Notes under the pieces: generated by a model
Database searches by the model: none
The model's input: only the letters and a program-made list of their open reading frames with translations
What the model was told of the DNA's origin: nothing
Shown here: positions 15,547-24,659 of the stretch, one piece after another
How the letters are laid out: each line of letters opens with the position of its first letter
Position numbering within the stretch: the first letter of the stretch is position 1
Position numbers and translations under genes: made by a program
Source: a virus
Strand: one strand, 5' to 3'
Length of the DNA: 64,000 nt
Virus record (IMG/VR): IMGVR_UViG_3300030419_006726
Coordinates: 1-64,000 of that record

Positions 15547-18389
15547 TGAAAAAACTACTGTTAGAAGGAGGTGTCGGAGGACACCTCAATCACCTTTATG
15601 ATAATAGGCAGATGACTGCCAATAAGATGATTAGCATATTGAAAAAGGCTTCTAATGGTGAGTTGATTGGAACCGAAAAGGCTGACGGCTATAATATATT
15701 TTTAGGCTATCAAGGCGGTGTTGCTAGAGCAGCAAGGAATAAAACCGATATGCGCCGCGGCGGAATGACAATGGAAGAATTGGCCGTTCGCGAGTTTAAA
15801 GGGGGTGAAAAAGTCCGACAAGCATATATTCAATCATTTAATGCTTACCAAGCCGCTCTTGATAGTCTAACTGATAAAGAAAAAATAAAGATATTTGGCC
15901 CTAACGGTGAAATATTCTACAATACAGAGATAATGGGCCCTGCAGCTGCGCAGGTTATAAACTATGATATCGATGTCTTGTCAATACATAGCGGCGGTCA
16001 TAAAACATATAATAGAGACACAGACACTGTTGAAATTATTGATGCAGCTGAAGCTTCCAAATATCTAGACAGAGCTGTCGACCGCTTTGAACAAGCAACA
16101 GCAGGACAAAGATTCTCAGTTCAACGTACTGCGTTTGTAAAGTTGAATGCACTTGATGGCGATGCTGACTTGAACGTTGCAATTGCCAGACTACAAAAGG
16201 CCGGCTATAGCGGCGCGATGACTATTGAAGAATATTTAGAAATGAAGCTGACACCGGCAGTTGAAGCGGCGCTTCCTTATTTCGATCGAAGAATTAAACA
16301 GGAAATTATTGATAGAATATTAAATAAAGAGAACAAGAAGGGACTTGCACAAATTACAAAAGGGTTTCCCAAAGAGCAGAAAGCCGCTGTCAGCGATCTA
16401 GTATTAAATCAATCTAAAAACTTAATCAAGGATGCCATATGGCCTATCGAAGAAGCTGTACACGACTTCGCTGTTGAAATGCTGCGTGGAATGGAGAGTG
16501 CCTATATTCTTGACAATGCAAAAGAGTTGGAAAGATTAAGGCAAGAAGTTACAACAGCGATTAGAGAAATCCAAGCCTACCGCGGCCCGGGCGAAGAAGA
16601 GGCAAAAGACATTCTTTTGCAACAACTGAAGAAACTAAAACAACTGGATGATGTTAGTTCAACCATGGAAGGGTTTGTGTTTGAAGAAGATGGCATGCTA
16701 TATAAATTTACTGGCAATTACGCTCCTATCAATCAAATCCTAGGATTGTTCAAGTATGGTCGAGGATCTACGCCGGCGCTTAAAAGGCAAGAACTCACGG
16801 AACAAGACGAGGCAGAGGAAGAGACACCAGAACAGTTTACGTCTCCAAACTCTCCAGAAGAAGTGACAGCCAACGATGCACAAATACTGGACAATATCGC
16901 AATCTTCCCGGGAGGTTTTAAGCCGCCCCATAAAGGACATTTTGAGGCAGCTGCCTATCTTTCAAACCAAAGAGGCGTGGATCAAGTATATGTTATTATA
17001 TCTCCGAAGGCTCGCGCAGAGCACGAATATGATTTAAGAATCGAAGTTACCGCAGAGCAGTCAAAAGAGCTTTGGGATTTGTACGCAGCTGCAAATCGAG
17101 ACAAGATCGGAGCGCCAATCATTACAATTATTGGAAAGACCGTAACACCTGTTACAGACGCATATGAATTTATGAAAAAGATGAATCCCGGTCAAACAGT
17201 CACATTTGCAAAAGGATCCAAAGACAAAAAGGATAAGAGATTTAATGGCGCCCAAGCTTGGTCGGACAAAAAAGGATATGGTTTAACAGTGAAATTGATA
17301 GACACTCCAGTATTTGGCCAAGGTATTTCTGGTACAATGATGAGAAAACACATTGCTAAAGAGGATTGGCGATCTTTTATCGACAACACCCCTCTTGAGA
17401 AAGATCAAGATAAACTTCGCGCATGGCAAATCGTTACAGGCAAGATACAGCCGTCACCACAAGCTGGTCCTGTGTTGGAGGAAACTATTTATAAAATGGT
17501 GCGTGAGGCTTTAACCGAGAAAGAGGGGAGAGGAGTTGGTGATAGAATAAGGGGAGTTATGCAGAGTGACCCCGTTAAAAGTGTCATGGGCAAGGTTGAT
17601 AAAGCGGCATGGGCTGGATCAAAAACGACCTCTAGGGGAAAACTAGGAAAGATGTCTATAGCACCGAAAGAGATTAACACTATTGGAGATCTTCGCAAAT
17701 TAATGAAAGTGATGAAGGCCTCCAAGGCCGGCAAAGCTGGTGCTAAGCGCGCTATCTCTGCGCTTGGTGGTGGCGCGTTGTTTCAGGCGATTGACGGTGT
17801 GCGCAAGATTTCCGATTTATATCAAAAAATGTACAACGCTCAAGATAATTTCTTGACAGGAACAGGAATGGATGCACTAAATGTTGACGACAACGTTGCT
17901 AAAATAATTGATGATAGAGTTGAAGACGCTTTTCTTAAGTATTTGATGGTTAAAATGAAAAATGCCTCGGATGATGAACCTTTGCCAAATGCAACCAAAA
18001 TGATACAGGGTTATCTAAAAAATACGTTTGGTGGCTGGTCTGTTGCCCCTGGCCAGAGCGCATCATTCACGATGGCACGTGAAGGTAAAAATAGATCATT
18101 AAACGAAGTGGAAAGCGAAAAGCAAAGACGATGGGCATGCGCGCAAATGGGAGACGATTTCAAAGGAGAACGCAAGTTAACTAAAAAACAGGCCAAGGAA
18201 ATGTGCAAATCAGAGGTTGAAGAATCCGAAGAGATAGAGGAAATGTCAGCCATGGGCGCCGGCGCAGTAGCTGGCCCGGGCACAGCACAAAAAAAGAAGA
18301 AGAGTTTAATCCGAGAAGAAGATCCAACCATTGACGAAGTACTGAACTATTTACTTAATGATCTGGGAGTTATAACAAATGCAAATTGA
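15546..18389 (+). CDS. large multidomain protein: N-terminal KxDG ligase-like domain + HIGH-type nucleotidyltransferase + C-terminal domains
   Basis: EGGVGGHLNHLYD..TEKADG..EGFVF..YKFTG; FPGGFKPPHKGH..ISGTMMR. Confidence 0.75.
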   Translation: MKKLLLEGGVGGHLNHLYDNRQMTANKMISILKKASNGELIGTEKADGYNIFLGYQGGVARAARNKTDMRRGGMTMEELAVREFKGGEKVRQAYIQSFNAYQAALDSLTDKEKIKIFGPNGEIFYNTEIMGPAAAQVINYDIDVLSIHSGGHKTYNRDTDTVEIIDAAEASKYLDRAVDRFEQATAGQRFSVQRTAFVKLNALDGDADLNVAIARLQKAGYSGAMTIEEYLEMKLTPAVEAALPYFDRRIKQEIIDRILNKENKKGLAQITKGFPKEQKAAVSDLVLNQSKNLIKDAIWPIEEAVHDFAVEMLRGMESAYILDNAKELERLRQEVTTAIREIQAYRGPGEEEAKDILLQQLKKLKQLDDVSSTMEGFVFEEDGMLYKFTGNYAPINQILGLFKYGRGSTPALKRQELTEQDEAEEETPEQFTSPNSPEEVTANDAQILDNIAIFPGGFKPPHKGHFEAAAYLSNQRGVDQVYVIISPKARAEHEYDLRIEVTAEQSKELWDLYAAANRDKIGAPIITIIGKTVTPVTDAYEFMKKMNPGQTVTFAKGSKDKKDKRFNGAQAWSDKKGYGLTVKLIDTPVFGQGISGTMMRKHIAKEDWRSFIDNTPLEKDQDKLRAWQIVTGKIQPSPQAGPVLEETIYKMVREALTEKEGRGVGDRIRGVMQSDPVKSVMGKVDKAAWAGSKTTSRGKLGKMSIAPKEINTIGDLRKLMKVMKASKAGKAGAKRAISALGGGALFQAIDGVRKISDLYQKMYNAQDNFLTGTGMDALNVDDNVAKIIDDRVEDAFLKYLMVKMKNASDDEPLPNATKMIQGYLKNTFGGWSVAPGQSASFTMAREGKNRSLNEVESEKQRRWACAQMGDDFKGERKLTKKQAKEMCKSEVEESEEIEEMSAMGAGAVAGPGTAQKKKKSLIREEDPTIDEVLNYLLNDLGVITNAN

Positions 18390-19230
18390 TAGAATTGAAT
18401 TTTTAAAAGAGCTGGAAGAAGAAAAGATATTGAGAGAAAGCATTCGCAATGTTATTTCTATAGTTAAGCAGCGTAAAAAGAAAGAAATTCAGGAAAAACA
18501 AGAAGCTGAAAACCATATTCGTACAATTGTCAGACGACTAATTGCCGAAGCAAAAACAGCAGACACTGATCCCTCTCCCGGGAGAACAACGGGCATCAAC
18601 GTATTAGAAGATCTTCTTAAAAAAATAATTCCTGTTTTACAAGATGATTACAAAATATTAACTACTGATGAGCAACAAAGATCTTCATTTCGTGCACACA
18701 TTCTTAATGGCGTTCTTAAGGCACTTAAGCCAATCGCGGTTTCGAACGAAGCCGGCGCCGAAGGCGCAGAAGCCCCTCAAGAAGATGAATTTATCAATAT
18801 AGCCGAAGCTATAGCTGAAGCTCTTGATGTAGATATAGGTGATGAAGAGAAGTTTATCGATATTGATCCGGACGAAGATCCGGAAACAGAAGAGCTAAGT
18901 CCCCAAGAAGAGTTTGGTGCTGGAGTCGAAGGTCATGATTTGACTGGTAGAAATATGGCTTTTACTAGTTTTAAGAAAATACAATCAAATATTATTGATG
19001 CATTTGAGTTACTGGAAAACGAAGAAGACGAAAACATTTTCCTTGATTACTTGATTACCAATCTTAAACTATATTTTGATAAATTTGAAGCAGAAATTGC
19101 ACCTAATTTAGAAGAACCTACAACCCCAGAATATGAAGATGCTGCAGCTGAAACTCCCGATATGGCTCCAGAAGATGATTTAGGGGGACCAGAAGATGAT
19201 CTAGAAGGTGGGGCAGAATTAGGATTATAA
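18379..19230 (+). CDS. acidic putative head/scaffold-associated protein
   Basis: IRTIVRRLIAE motif; highly acidic. Confidence 0.7.
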   Translation: MQIDRIEFLKELEEEKILRESIRNVISIVKQRKKKEIQEKQEAENHIRTIVRRLIAEAKTADTDPSPGRTTGINVLEDLLKKIIPVLQDDYKILTTDEQQRSSFRAHILNGVLKALKPIAVSNEAGAEGAEAPQEDEFINIAEAIAEALDVDIGDEEKFIDIDPDEDPETEELSPQEEFGAGVEGHDLTGRNMAFTSFKKIQSNIIDAFELLENEEDENIFLDYLITNLKLYFDKFEAEIAPNLEEPTTPEYEDAAAETPDMAPEDDLGGPEDDLEGGAELGL

Positions 19231-19328
19231 TCTTCTTCTTATATAACCTTCTTTTAATATATAATAAAACACCCCATAAACAATTAATTTAAATCTAATC
19301 ACCGATTAAAACACCGTCAAGGTAAAAA

Positions 19329-19703
19329 ATGAACTGGCAACCAAAAAAAAGAAGAATTGGTAAAAATCGGTATTATTCAGTAGTTAGAAAACTGCGACGA
19401 GAGGGCAAGTCCACCGTCGAATTCGAAGTAATGCTTAATAGCCTGAGCATGGAGGATATAATAGCGCTTAAGCTAGAGTTGGCCTCCAAGGTTGCTGGAT
19501 CGAAATTATATGGATTTAAGCTGTGGCATTCTATACCAGACATTGTTAGAGATGCAATGTTGAAGTATGCGATGTCTGCAACAAGAACAAAGAATGAAGC
19601 CCAGAGATTCCTGGGTATCGACGCGCAAAGTTACAAGAAGATGTTAAAAAAGTATCAAACCGAGAGCTTTTTTGAAGAAAATGAGTTGACACTAGAACAA
19701 TAA
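19329..19703 (+). CDS. Fis-type HTH DNA-binding protein
   Basis: C-terminal MLKYAMSATRTKNEAQRFLGIDAQSYKKMLKKY resembles the Fis/HTH_8 pattern. Confidence 0.6.
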   Translation: MNWQPKKRRIGKNRYYSVVRKLRREGKSTVEFEVMLNSLSMEDIIALKLELASKVAGSKLYGFKLWHSIPDIVRDAMLKYAMSATRTKNEAQRFLGIDAQSYKKMLKKYQTESFFEENELTLEQ

Positions 19704-19714
19704 AATGGTAATAT
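19686..19714 (+). promoter_or_regulatory. sigma70 promoter
   Basis: TTGACA-N17-TAATAT with TG extension. Confidence 0.8.
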
Positions 19715-19718
19715 TAAT

Positions 19719-19838
19719 TAATCTTGAGGAACTAAGCAAGGGGTTCATTGTCTCTAACGAATCCTCGCCAGCGCGTGGCAAATTATTAAAGGGAGGCTAG
19801 CATTGGTGGGGAGCTAAGAGAACCACCCCTCAAGATTA
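19719..19838 (+). ncRNA. candidate structured small RNA (~120 nt), family unassigned
   Basis: 11-bp terminal helix TAATCTTGAGG/CCTCAAGATTA starting at the predicted TSS; inner helices GGTTC/GAACC and GCCA/TGGC. Confidence 0.55.
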
Positions 19839-19866
19839 TAATTATGGAGCGAAAAGGAAAAATGTA

Positions 19867-20106
19867 ATGTGGAAATTGTGGAGAGAAAACAATGGATATA
19901 TCCAAGGCGAACTACTTAGTAAGCACTCTTCAGAAAAAGCAGCTTTAAAAAAGGCAAAAGCTGTGGTAGAATATAAACATAAAGTAAAAGAAGAAGACAC
20001 CGAAGAGATTGTCATTTGGCTAGAAGATGAAGACAGAAGCACAATTGGCATTATAACACACAAAAAGGGGACGAAAAGGACTCGACAGGGTAAGAAAGAG
20101 AAATAG
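19867..20106 (+). CDS. hypothetical protein whose 3' end overlaps the tmRNA
   Basis: AAGGA SD; stop codon lies 40 nt inside the tmRNA. Confidence 0.6.
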   Translation: MWKLWRENNGYIQGELLSKHSSEKAALKKAKAVVEYKHKVKEEDTEEIVIWLEDEDRSTIGIITHKKGTKRTRQGKKEK

Positions 20107-20399
20107 TGCAAGTAGGTTAGACACGACCTTAACAGTTCAAAAACATAGTTGCAAATAACAACAATCACTTTGATTCTGTTCGCCTAGCGGCTTAATCAGG
20201 AGGCTGATCAGAGCCTTCTATCCAATCTGATCAAAATAACAGACAAGTTTTAAAAATCAAACCATTTATCGCAACAGGATGGTAAGCGATATCTTAACAC
20301 CATCTATTTTGTCAGCGGCTGATAGAAACTGACTAAACTTGTAAATGACTACAATTGGACTTATTGTGGACGCGGGTTCGACTCCCGCCGTCTCCACCA
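20067..20399 (+). ncRNA. ssrA: tmRNA; tag peptide ANNNNHFDSVRLAA* at 20151-20195
   Basis: acceptor stem GGGGACG/CGTCTCC with G3-U70, ACCA end, T-arm GCGGGTTCGACTCCCGC, GGACTCGAC 5' motif, tag ending LAA. Confidence 0.95.
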
Positions 20400-20424
20400 T
20401 CTCATTAAAAATATAGGAGGAAAA

Positions 20425-20667
20425 ATGAGAACTTTAGCAATTGCCACAATTCTTGTGGCATGTAATACAACAGAAACCACCGAGACCGAAGCTACTAGTA
20501 CGGAAGCGGTGCAAACAGAAGCCACCGAAACGACATTTACACCACCCGTTGATGTTGTTGACGAGGAAGTTCGACGCCTTGAGCGCGAAAACGCAAATAC
20601 TAATAGTGATTTTGACACTATTGAAACACCTGCCAAAACAACAGATTTTGAGCAGGAAGGAAATTAA
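20425..20667 (+). CDS. putative lipoprotein, Thr/Glu-rich
   Basis: MRTLAIATILVAC lipobox-like leader; AGGAGG SD. Confidence 0.65.
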   Translation: MRTLAIATILVACNTTETTETEATSTEAVQTEATETTFTPPVDVVDEEVRRLERENANTNSDFDTIETPAKTTDFEQEGN

Positions 20668-20670
20668 ATT

Positions 20671-21114
20671 ATGAAAGTAACAAACGGAACCATGGTTAAG
20701 GTGCACTATAAGGGCACCCTTTCTGATGGTCGAGAATTTGATAATTCTCACACTCGCGGCCAAACGCTCGACTTTAAAGTTGGCGCTGGTCAAATGATTA
20801 AGGGCTTCAACGATGCTGTTATTGGTATGAAAGCTGGACAAACCAAATCGTTCACGATTCCTGCCGCAGATGCCTATGGAGAATACAATCCTGAAGCTTT
20901 TACAACGGCGCCCAAGGAGGCGTTCCCGCCTAACTTCAATTTTCAAGTTGGAGCAGAGGTACAGGGTACGACACCTACGGGACAGCCCTTTCTTGCGAAG
21001 ATTACGGCTCTTGAAGATGACAATGTTACGTTGGATGTTAATCATCCACTAGCTGGTCAGGATCTCACTTTCGAAGTTGAGTTGGTTGAGATCGAACAAA
21101 CCAACGATGACTAA
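20671..21114 (+). CDS. slyD: FKBP-type peptidyl-prolyl isomerase (SlyD/FkpB-like)
   Basis: VKVHYKGTLSDGREFD..AYGE..NHPLAGQDLTFEVEL. Confidence 0.92.
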   Translation: MKVTNGTMVKVHYKGTLSDGREFDNSHTRGQTLDFKVGAGQMIKGFNDAVIGMKAGQTKSFTIPAADAYGEYNPEAFTTAPKEAFPPNFNFQVGAEVQGTTPTGQPFLAKITALEDDNVTLDVNHPLAGQDLTFEVELVEIEQTNDD

Positions 21115-21163
21115 ATCGTAATAACAATAGGTGTAAACTGGCGGGCAACTACTAGTTAGTGAT

Positions 21164-21703
21164 ATGGAACGACTTTTTGAAAATTGGCGCTCGCACGTTA
21201 GCGAACAAAAACAAAAAGAAGAAGAAGTCGTTCTATATCACGTCTCCTCTGTACCAAACATCGAAGTGTTGGATCCGGATATCGCAATTAAATCCGCTCG
21301 ACACTACACAAAGCAGGAATACCGTACATGGGACCGCCCCCGGGTATTCTTTTTTACCAATTGGGGTCAAGAGGACGTTGGAGTGGGAAAAATTGGCGGA
21401 ATCAATGGACATGTATACAAGGTCAGCATCAAAGAGAACGAGCTGTATCCTGTGTTAAGAGATCCTTTGCAGTTTTCACGCAGAATTGATGAGTATAAAG
21501 AGTTAAGAGAAAAAGAAAGAGGACTACCAAAACATTATCCAACAAATGCATATGAAATTGTGGCAACGTTCGCGGAACGAGAGCTTGGTGTTAAGGGTTT
21601 TATATATCCACAATCCAAGAAACCAAACCACATGATTGTGGCATTGTGGAAAAAGGTGCCGGTAGAAAAAGTTGATAAACCATTCTATAATCAGGAGAAA
21701 TAA
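21164..21703 (+). CDS. putative virion protein with FENW N-terminal motif
   Basis: MERLFENWRSHVSE; VLYHVS start of domain. Confidence 0.7.
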   Translation: MERLFENWRSHVSEQKQKEEEVVLYHVSSVPNIEVLDPDIAIKSARHYTKQEYRTWDRPRVFFFTNWGQEDVGVGKIGGINGHVYKVSIKENELYPVLRDPLQFSRRIDEYKELREKERGLPKHYPTNAYEIVATFAERELGVKGFIYPQSKKPNHMIVALWKKVPVEKVDKPFYNQEK

Positions 21704-21969
21704 TGGGTTTAATTGGAAAATCAGTATATAAGGTATGGGCGTTCAATTCGCTGCGATTTGGAAATATAGTCGCAGAAAAGAAGAAGGATGGCTGGAAATA
21801 TGTTAAAGTTGATTGGAAAGACGATGAGGCGTATGAAATGGACGTTGCTCGTGTAGTTGAGCTACGCAGTGTTAAATATGATGAAAATCACGAGTGGCAT
21901 CGGGTCGATAGTGTTAAGGTTTTCGATCCAATCACAATGACACAAACATTAGGAAAACTTAAAACATGA
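21703..21969 (+). CDS. SH3-like hypothetical protein
   Basis: TAATG coupling; GNIVAE..VKVDW. Confidence 0.65.
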   Translation: MGLIGKSVYKVWAFNSLRFGNIVAEKKKDGWKYVKVDWKDDEAYEMDVARVVELRSVKYDENHEWHRVDSVKVFDPITMTQTLGKLKT

Positions 21970-22544
21970 AGGAAATATTCGAAAACTGGAATAAGTATAT
22001 CTTGTCGGAATCCGGATTATCTAGGGTTTACGAGCATATGATGGAGCACGACAGTGCAATACTTACAGCTTTTCGAAATGAATATTCGAATAAAGAAAAT
22101 TATGAAAGAAATAGAGAACTTAAGGCACAACTTTTAAGTATGGGCTACGGCGTTACAAAAGTCGACGGTTCTTATATTGAAAATTTTCAAACTCCACAAG
22201 CCATAGAAGTATCAGAGCAAAGCTATTTCGTCTCTAATCGGTCTGATGACGCTGGGTTTGTGGAGAGTGTTGAGTCTCTAGGTACACAATACGACCAAGA
22301 TTCTGTTTTGATAATTCCAGCTGGTGGCGAAGGCGCGTATCTGATTGGTACAAGACAAGGAAACGATTTTCCACCCTTCGGAGATAAAATCTCGGTCGGC
22401 AGCTTGCAAATGGGCCGCGAAGCCGAGTTCATGTCGAAGGTTAAGGGAAGGCCAATTGCTTTTAAAGAAGAATTAGAGACATACGATAAATTATCTAGAA
22501 ACCAAAGATGGGCAGTCAAGAAGCTGCTTGAGAGGAATAAGTGA
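21966..22544 (+). CDS. putative virion protein with FENW N-terminal motif
   Basis: MKEIFENWNKYILSESGLSR..ILTAFR..QDSVL. Confidence 0.75.
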   Translation: MKEIFENWNKYILSESGLSRVYEHMMEHDSAILTAFRNEYSNKENYERNRELKAQLLSMGYGVTKVDGSYIENFQTPQAIEVSEQSYFVSNRSDDAGFVESVESLGTQYDQDSVLIIPAGGEGAYLIGTRQGNDFPPFGDKISVGSLQMGREAEFMSKVKGRPIAFKEELETYDKLSRNQRWAVKKLLERNK

Positions 22545-22843
22545 AACAATTAATTTTTGCTATTGTTACTGGCATTGTCAACGAGGTTGAAAACGATACC
22601 GCACAAGTATTTTTCCCCACAGCAGCATCAGGCTTTGTGGTTACAGAGTATATATCAACCGATCTATTGCCGTGCGAAGTTTCCGAAGGCGATACAATCT
22701 ACATTAGAAAAAGCGAAAACGTTACGGAAATAAGATGTACAGAATTTCCAGAATCAGACCCTCCTAGTCTTGAGTTGAGAGTCGATCCAGCTACCGGCGA
22801 GATTCAGTATATAATTAAAGATATTGAGATTGAGTTAGAATAA
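22541..22843 (+). CDS. hypothetical protein
   Basis: GTG start overlapping the upstream stop; GAGG SD. Confidence 0.6.
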   Translation: MKQLIFAIVTGIVNEVENDTAQVFFPTAASGFVVTEYISTDLLPCEVSEGDTIYIRKSENVTEIRCTEFPESDPPSLELRVDPATGEIQYIIKDIEIELE

Positions 22844-22847
22844 ACAC

Positions 22848-22876
22848 TTGACAACTAGTCCGAATGTGGTTATATT
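22848..22876 (+). promoter_or_regulatory. sigma70 promoter for Hsp20
   Basis: TTGACA-N17-TATATT. Confidence 0.75.
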
Positions 22877-22942
22877 ATAAAGGTAAGCAGATCAATGCGA
22901 CTGTTTACTAACTTAGACTAACATAGATAAGGAGATATAACA

Positions 22943-23428
22943 ATGGCTGGTCTTATTCGTAGAAATAACTTTGCGCCACGTGCGCTTTCCCGCAACGAGT
23001 TTCTAACTCCGTTTGATCGGGTTTTTGATGACATGTTTAGCAACATGTTCCCCACGTTCTCACGCGATTTCGGTGAGGATTTTTTTGTAAAGGGATCGTA
23101 TCCAAAGGTTAACGTAGTCGATTTCGATTGCTCGATTGACATTGAAGCTGCTATCCCCGGCATGAACAAGGACGAGGTTACCGTTGAAGTTACTGACGGC
23201 ACCCTCACCATTCAAGGAAACAGCAACCAGCGCGTTGACGCTGACGACGGCCAGTATGTTCGTCGTGAAATCAAGCGTTCAGCATTCCAGCGCTCTTTCC
23301 GACTCGGAGATAATTTGGATCAAGCTGGGATTACTGCTAGCTATGATAACGGCATTCTCACGCTCAACATTCCGAAAATTGTTCCGAATGACGCAGAGCC
23401 AAGCACCAGAAAGATTGAAATTTCATAA
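22943..23428 (+). CDS. small heat-shock protein (Hsp20/alpha-crystallin)
   Basis: YPKVNV..IPGMNK..RREI..FQRSFRL..ASYDNGILTLNIPK. Confidence 0.93.
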   Translation: MAGLIRRNNFAPRALSRNEFLTPFDRVFDDMFSNMFPTFSRDFGEDFFVKGSYPKVNVVDFDCSIDIEAAIPGMNKDEVTVEVTDGTLTIQGNSNQRVDADDGQYVRREIKRSAFQRSFRLGDNLDQAGITASYDNGILTLNIPKIVPNDAEPSTRKIEIS

Positions 23429-23474
23429 ATAATTATTTTCCTACCCACAATTTTGTGTTATACTATATTTAATT

Positions 23475-24047
23475 GTGGGTAGGGATCTTTTTGTGACGGC
23501 TAAAATAAAAGTTGCTTTTTATAAAGCTAAAGGAAATTGGCTTAATAGCTTAATCCGTTGGTGGACAAAAAGCAAATATAGCCACGCAGAACTAGTCCTA
23601 CCTAACAATGTAACTTGGATCGGAATTAGTCCGTTTTTGACTTCAACAGTTGAATCGCGTTTTCATCTAGATTGCGACCATCACAATTGGGATTTTGTTG
23701 AGCTAGAAATAACAAACAAACAACATGCTACAATACTAGATTTTTTCGAAGAAACGAGAGGGTGTAAATATGATTGGGCTGGAATGTTGTTATCTCAGTT
23801 TTTACCGTTTAGCATCAAAAAAAGAAGCAAATGGTATTGTAGTGAATGGATTGCTTACGCTCTAAGAGTTTCAGGCGTCTTGGATTGGCAAACAATTAAG
23901 ATATATGATCAATCTGATTTGTCGCCGGGAACGTTACATAAAATAATACTTAAACAAAAAAGGAAAAATAATGACATCAGAAAGAGCACCGAAGACATGG
24001 AAGACCCGAGGAATTTACAATACTTATCTCGACGCTTCCGAGATTAA
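23475..24047 (+). CDS. permuted papain-like (YiiX/YaeF-type NlpC/P60) protein
   Basis: SKYSHAELV..KYDW..KWYCSEWIAYAL. Confidence 0.8.
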   Translation: MGRDLFVTAKIKVAFYKAKGNWLNSLIRWWTKSKYSHAELVLPNNVTWIGISPFLTSTVESRFHLDCDHHNWDFVELEITNKQHATILDFFEETRGCKYDWAGMLLSQFLPFSIKKRSKWYCSEWIAYALRVSGVLDWQTIKIYDQSDLSPGTLHKIILKQKRKNNDIRKSTEDMEDPRNLQYLSRRFRD

Positions 24048-24219
24048 AGAGCTTTTGTTGTCCAACGATGACACCGGAGAACTTGAGGTTAAAATTCGAC
24101 GCTGCGGCCCTGGTGGAATCAGGTTTAAAATTAAGACCTATTTTCCGGAACCAAAAAATGAAAAAAAACAAACTAATACAAAAACCAAAAGTTCACGTAA
24201 TTCAAAACGAACCAGATGA
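23971..24219 (+). CDS. hypothetical protein
   Basis: AAGGA SD. Confidence 0.6.
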   Translation: MTSERAPKTWKTRGIYNTYLDASEIKELLLSNDDTGELEVKIRRCGPGGIRFKIKTYFPEPKNEKKQTNTKTKSSRNSKRTR

Positions 24220-24352
24220 CTTAACTGCAGAAGTAGCAAAAACCCTAGCAGAGATCAAAGATGAATATGATCTCCCAACAGAAGAGGTCGAGGCAACAAT
24301 CGAAAAGAGTCGATTTAAAAAAATCTTAAAAAAGATCTTGACCAAAGATTAA
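24068..24352 (+). CDS. hypothetical protein (start probably ATG 24158)
   Basis: ORF track. Confidence 0.45.
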   Translation: MTPENLRLKFDAAALVESGLKLRPIFRNQKMKKNKLIQKPKVHVIQNEPDDLTAEVAKTLAEIKDEYDLPTEEVEATIEKSRFKKILKKILTKD

Positions 24353-24366
24353 ATGTGTTGTATTAT
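24338..24366 (+). promoter_or_regulatory. sigma70 promoter upstream of the tRNA region
   Basis: TTGACC-N17-TATTAT. Confidence 0.6.
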
Positions 24367-24395
24367 AATAACATAATACAGCGTCTAGTTACTAT

Positions 24396-24659
24396 ATGAA
24401 GCTAGAATCGCTACTAAAAACAACGGCAAGTTACATGTTGGCAATGAATGACCCTAGCGCGGCTGCTGAGTTTATGTTTTCTAAAGTCGAGCAATCGATC
24501 GCCGATGGCACTTCATCTTCTGAAGAGAGGATAAAGTTTTGGGAATCTGTAACAACCGAACTTACATCCCTGGATCCAGAATATTCATCTGAAGTTGCTG
24601 CGCTGTATTTGAAGATAGTTTTGGACAAATATAAATCAGAATTTCAGGGCCCATGGTGA
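24396..24659 (+). CDS. hypothetical protein
   Basis: ORF track; stop lies inside tRNA-Arg. Confidence 0.55.
   Translation: MKLESLLKTTASYMLAMNDPSAAAEFMFSKVEQSIADGTSSSEERIKFWESVTTELTSLDPEYSSEVAALYLKIVLDKYKSEFQGPW

Noticed and set aside
19719-19838. 5S rRNA, SRP RNA or a known riboswitch
   Set aside because: The size is similar but the conserved signature sequences are not recognisable; left unassigned.
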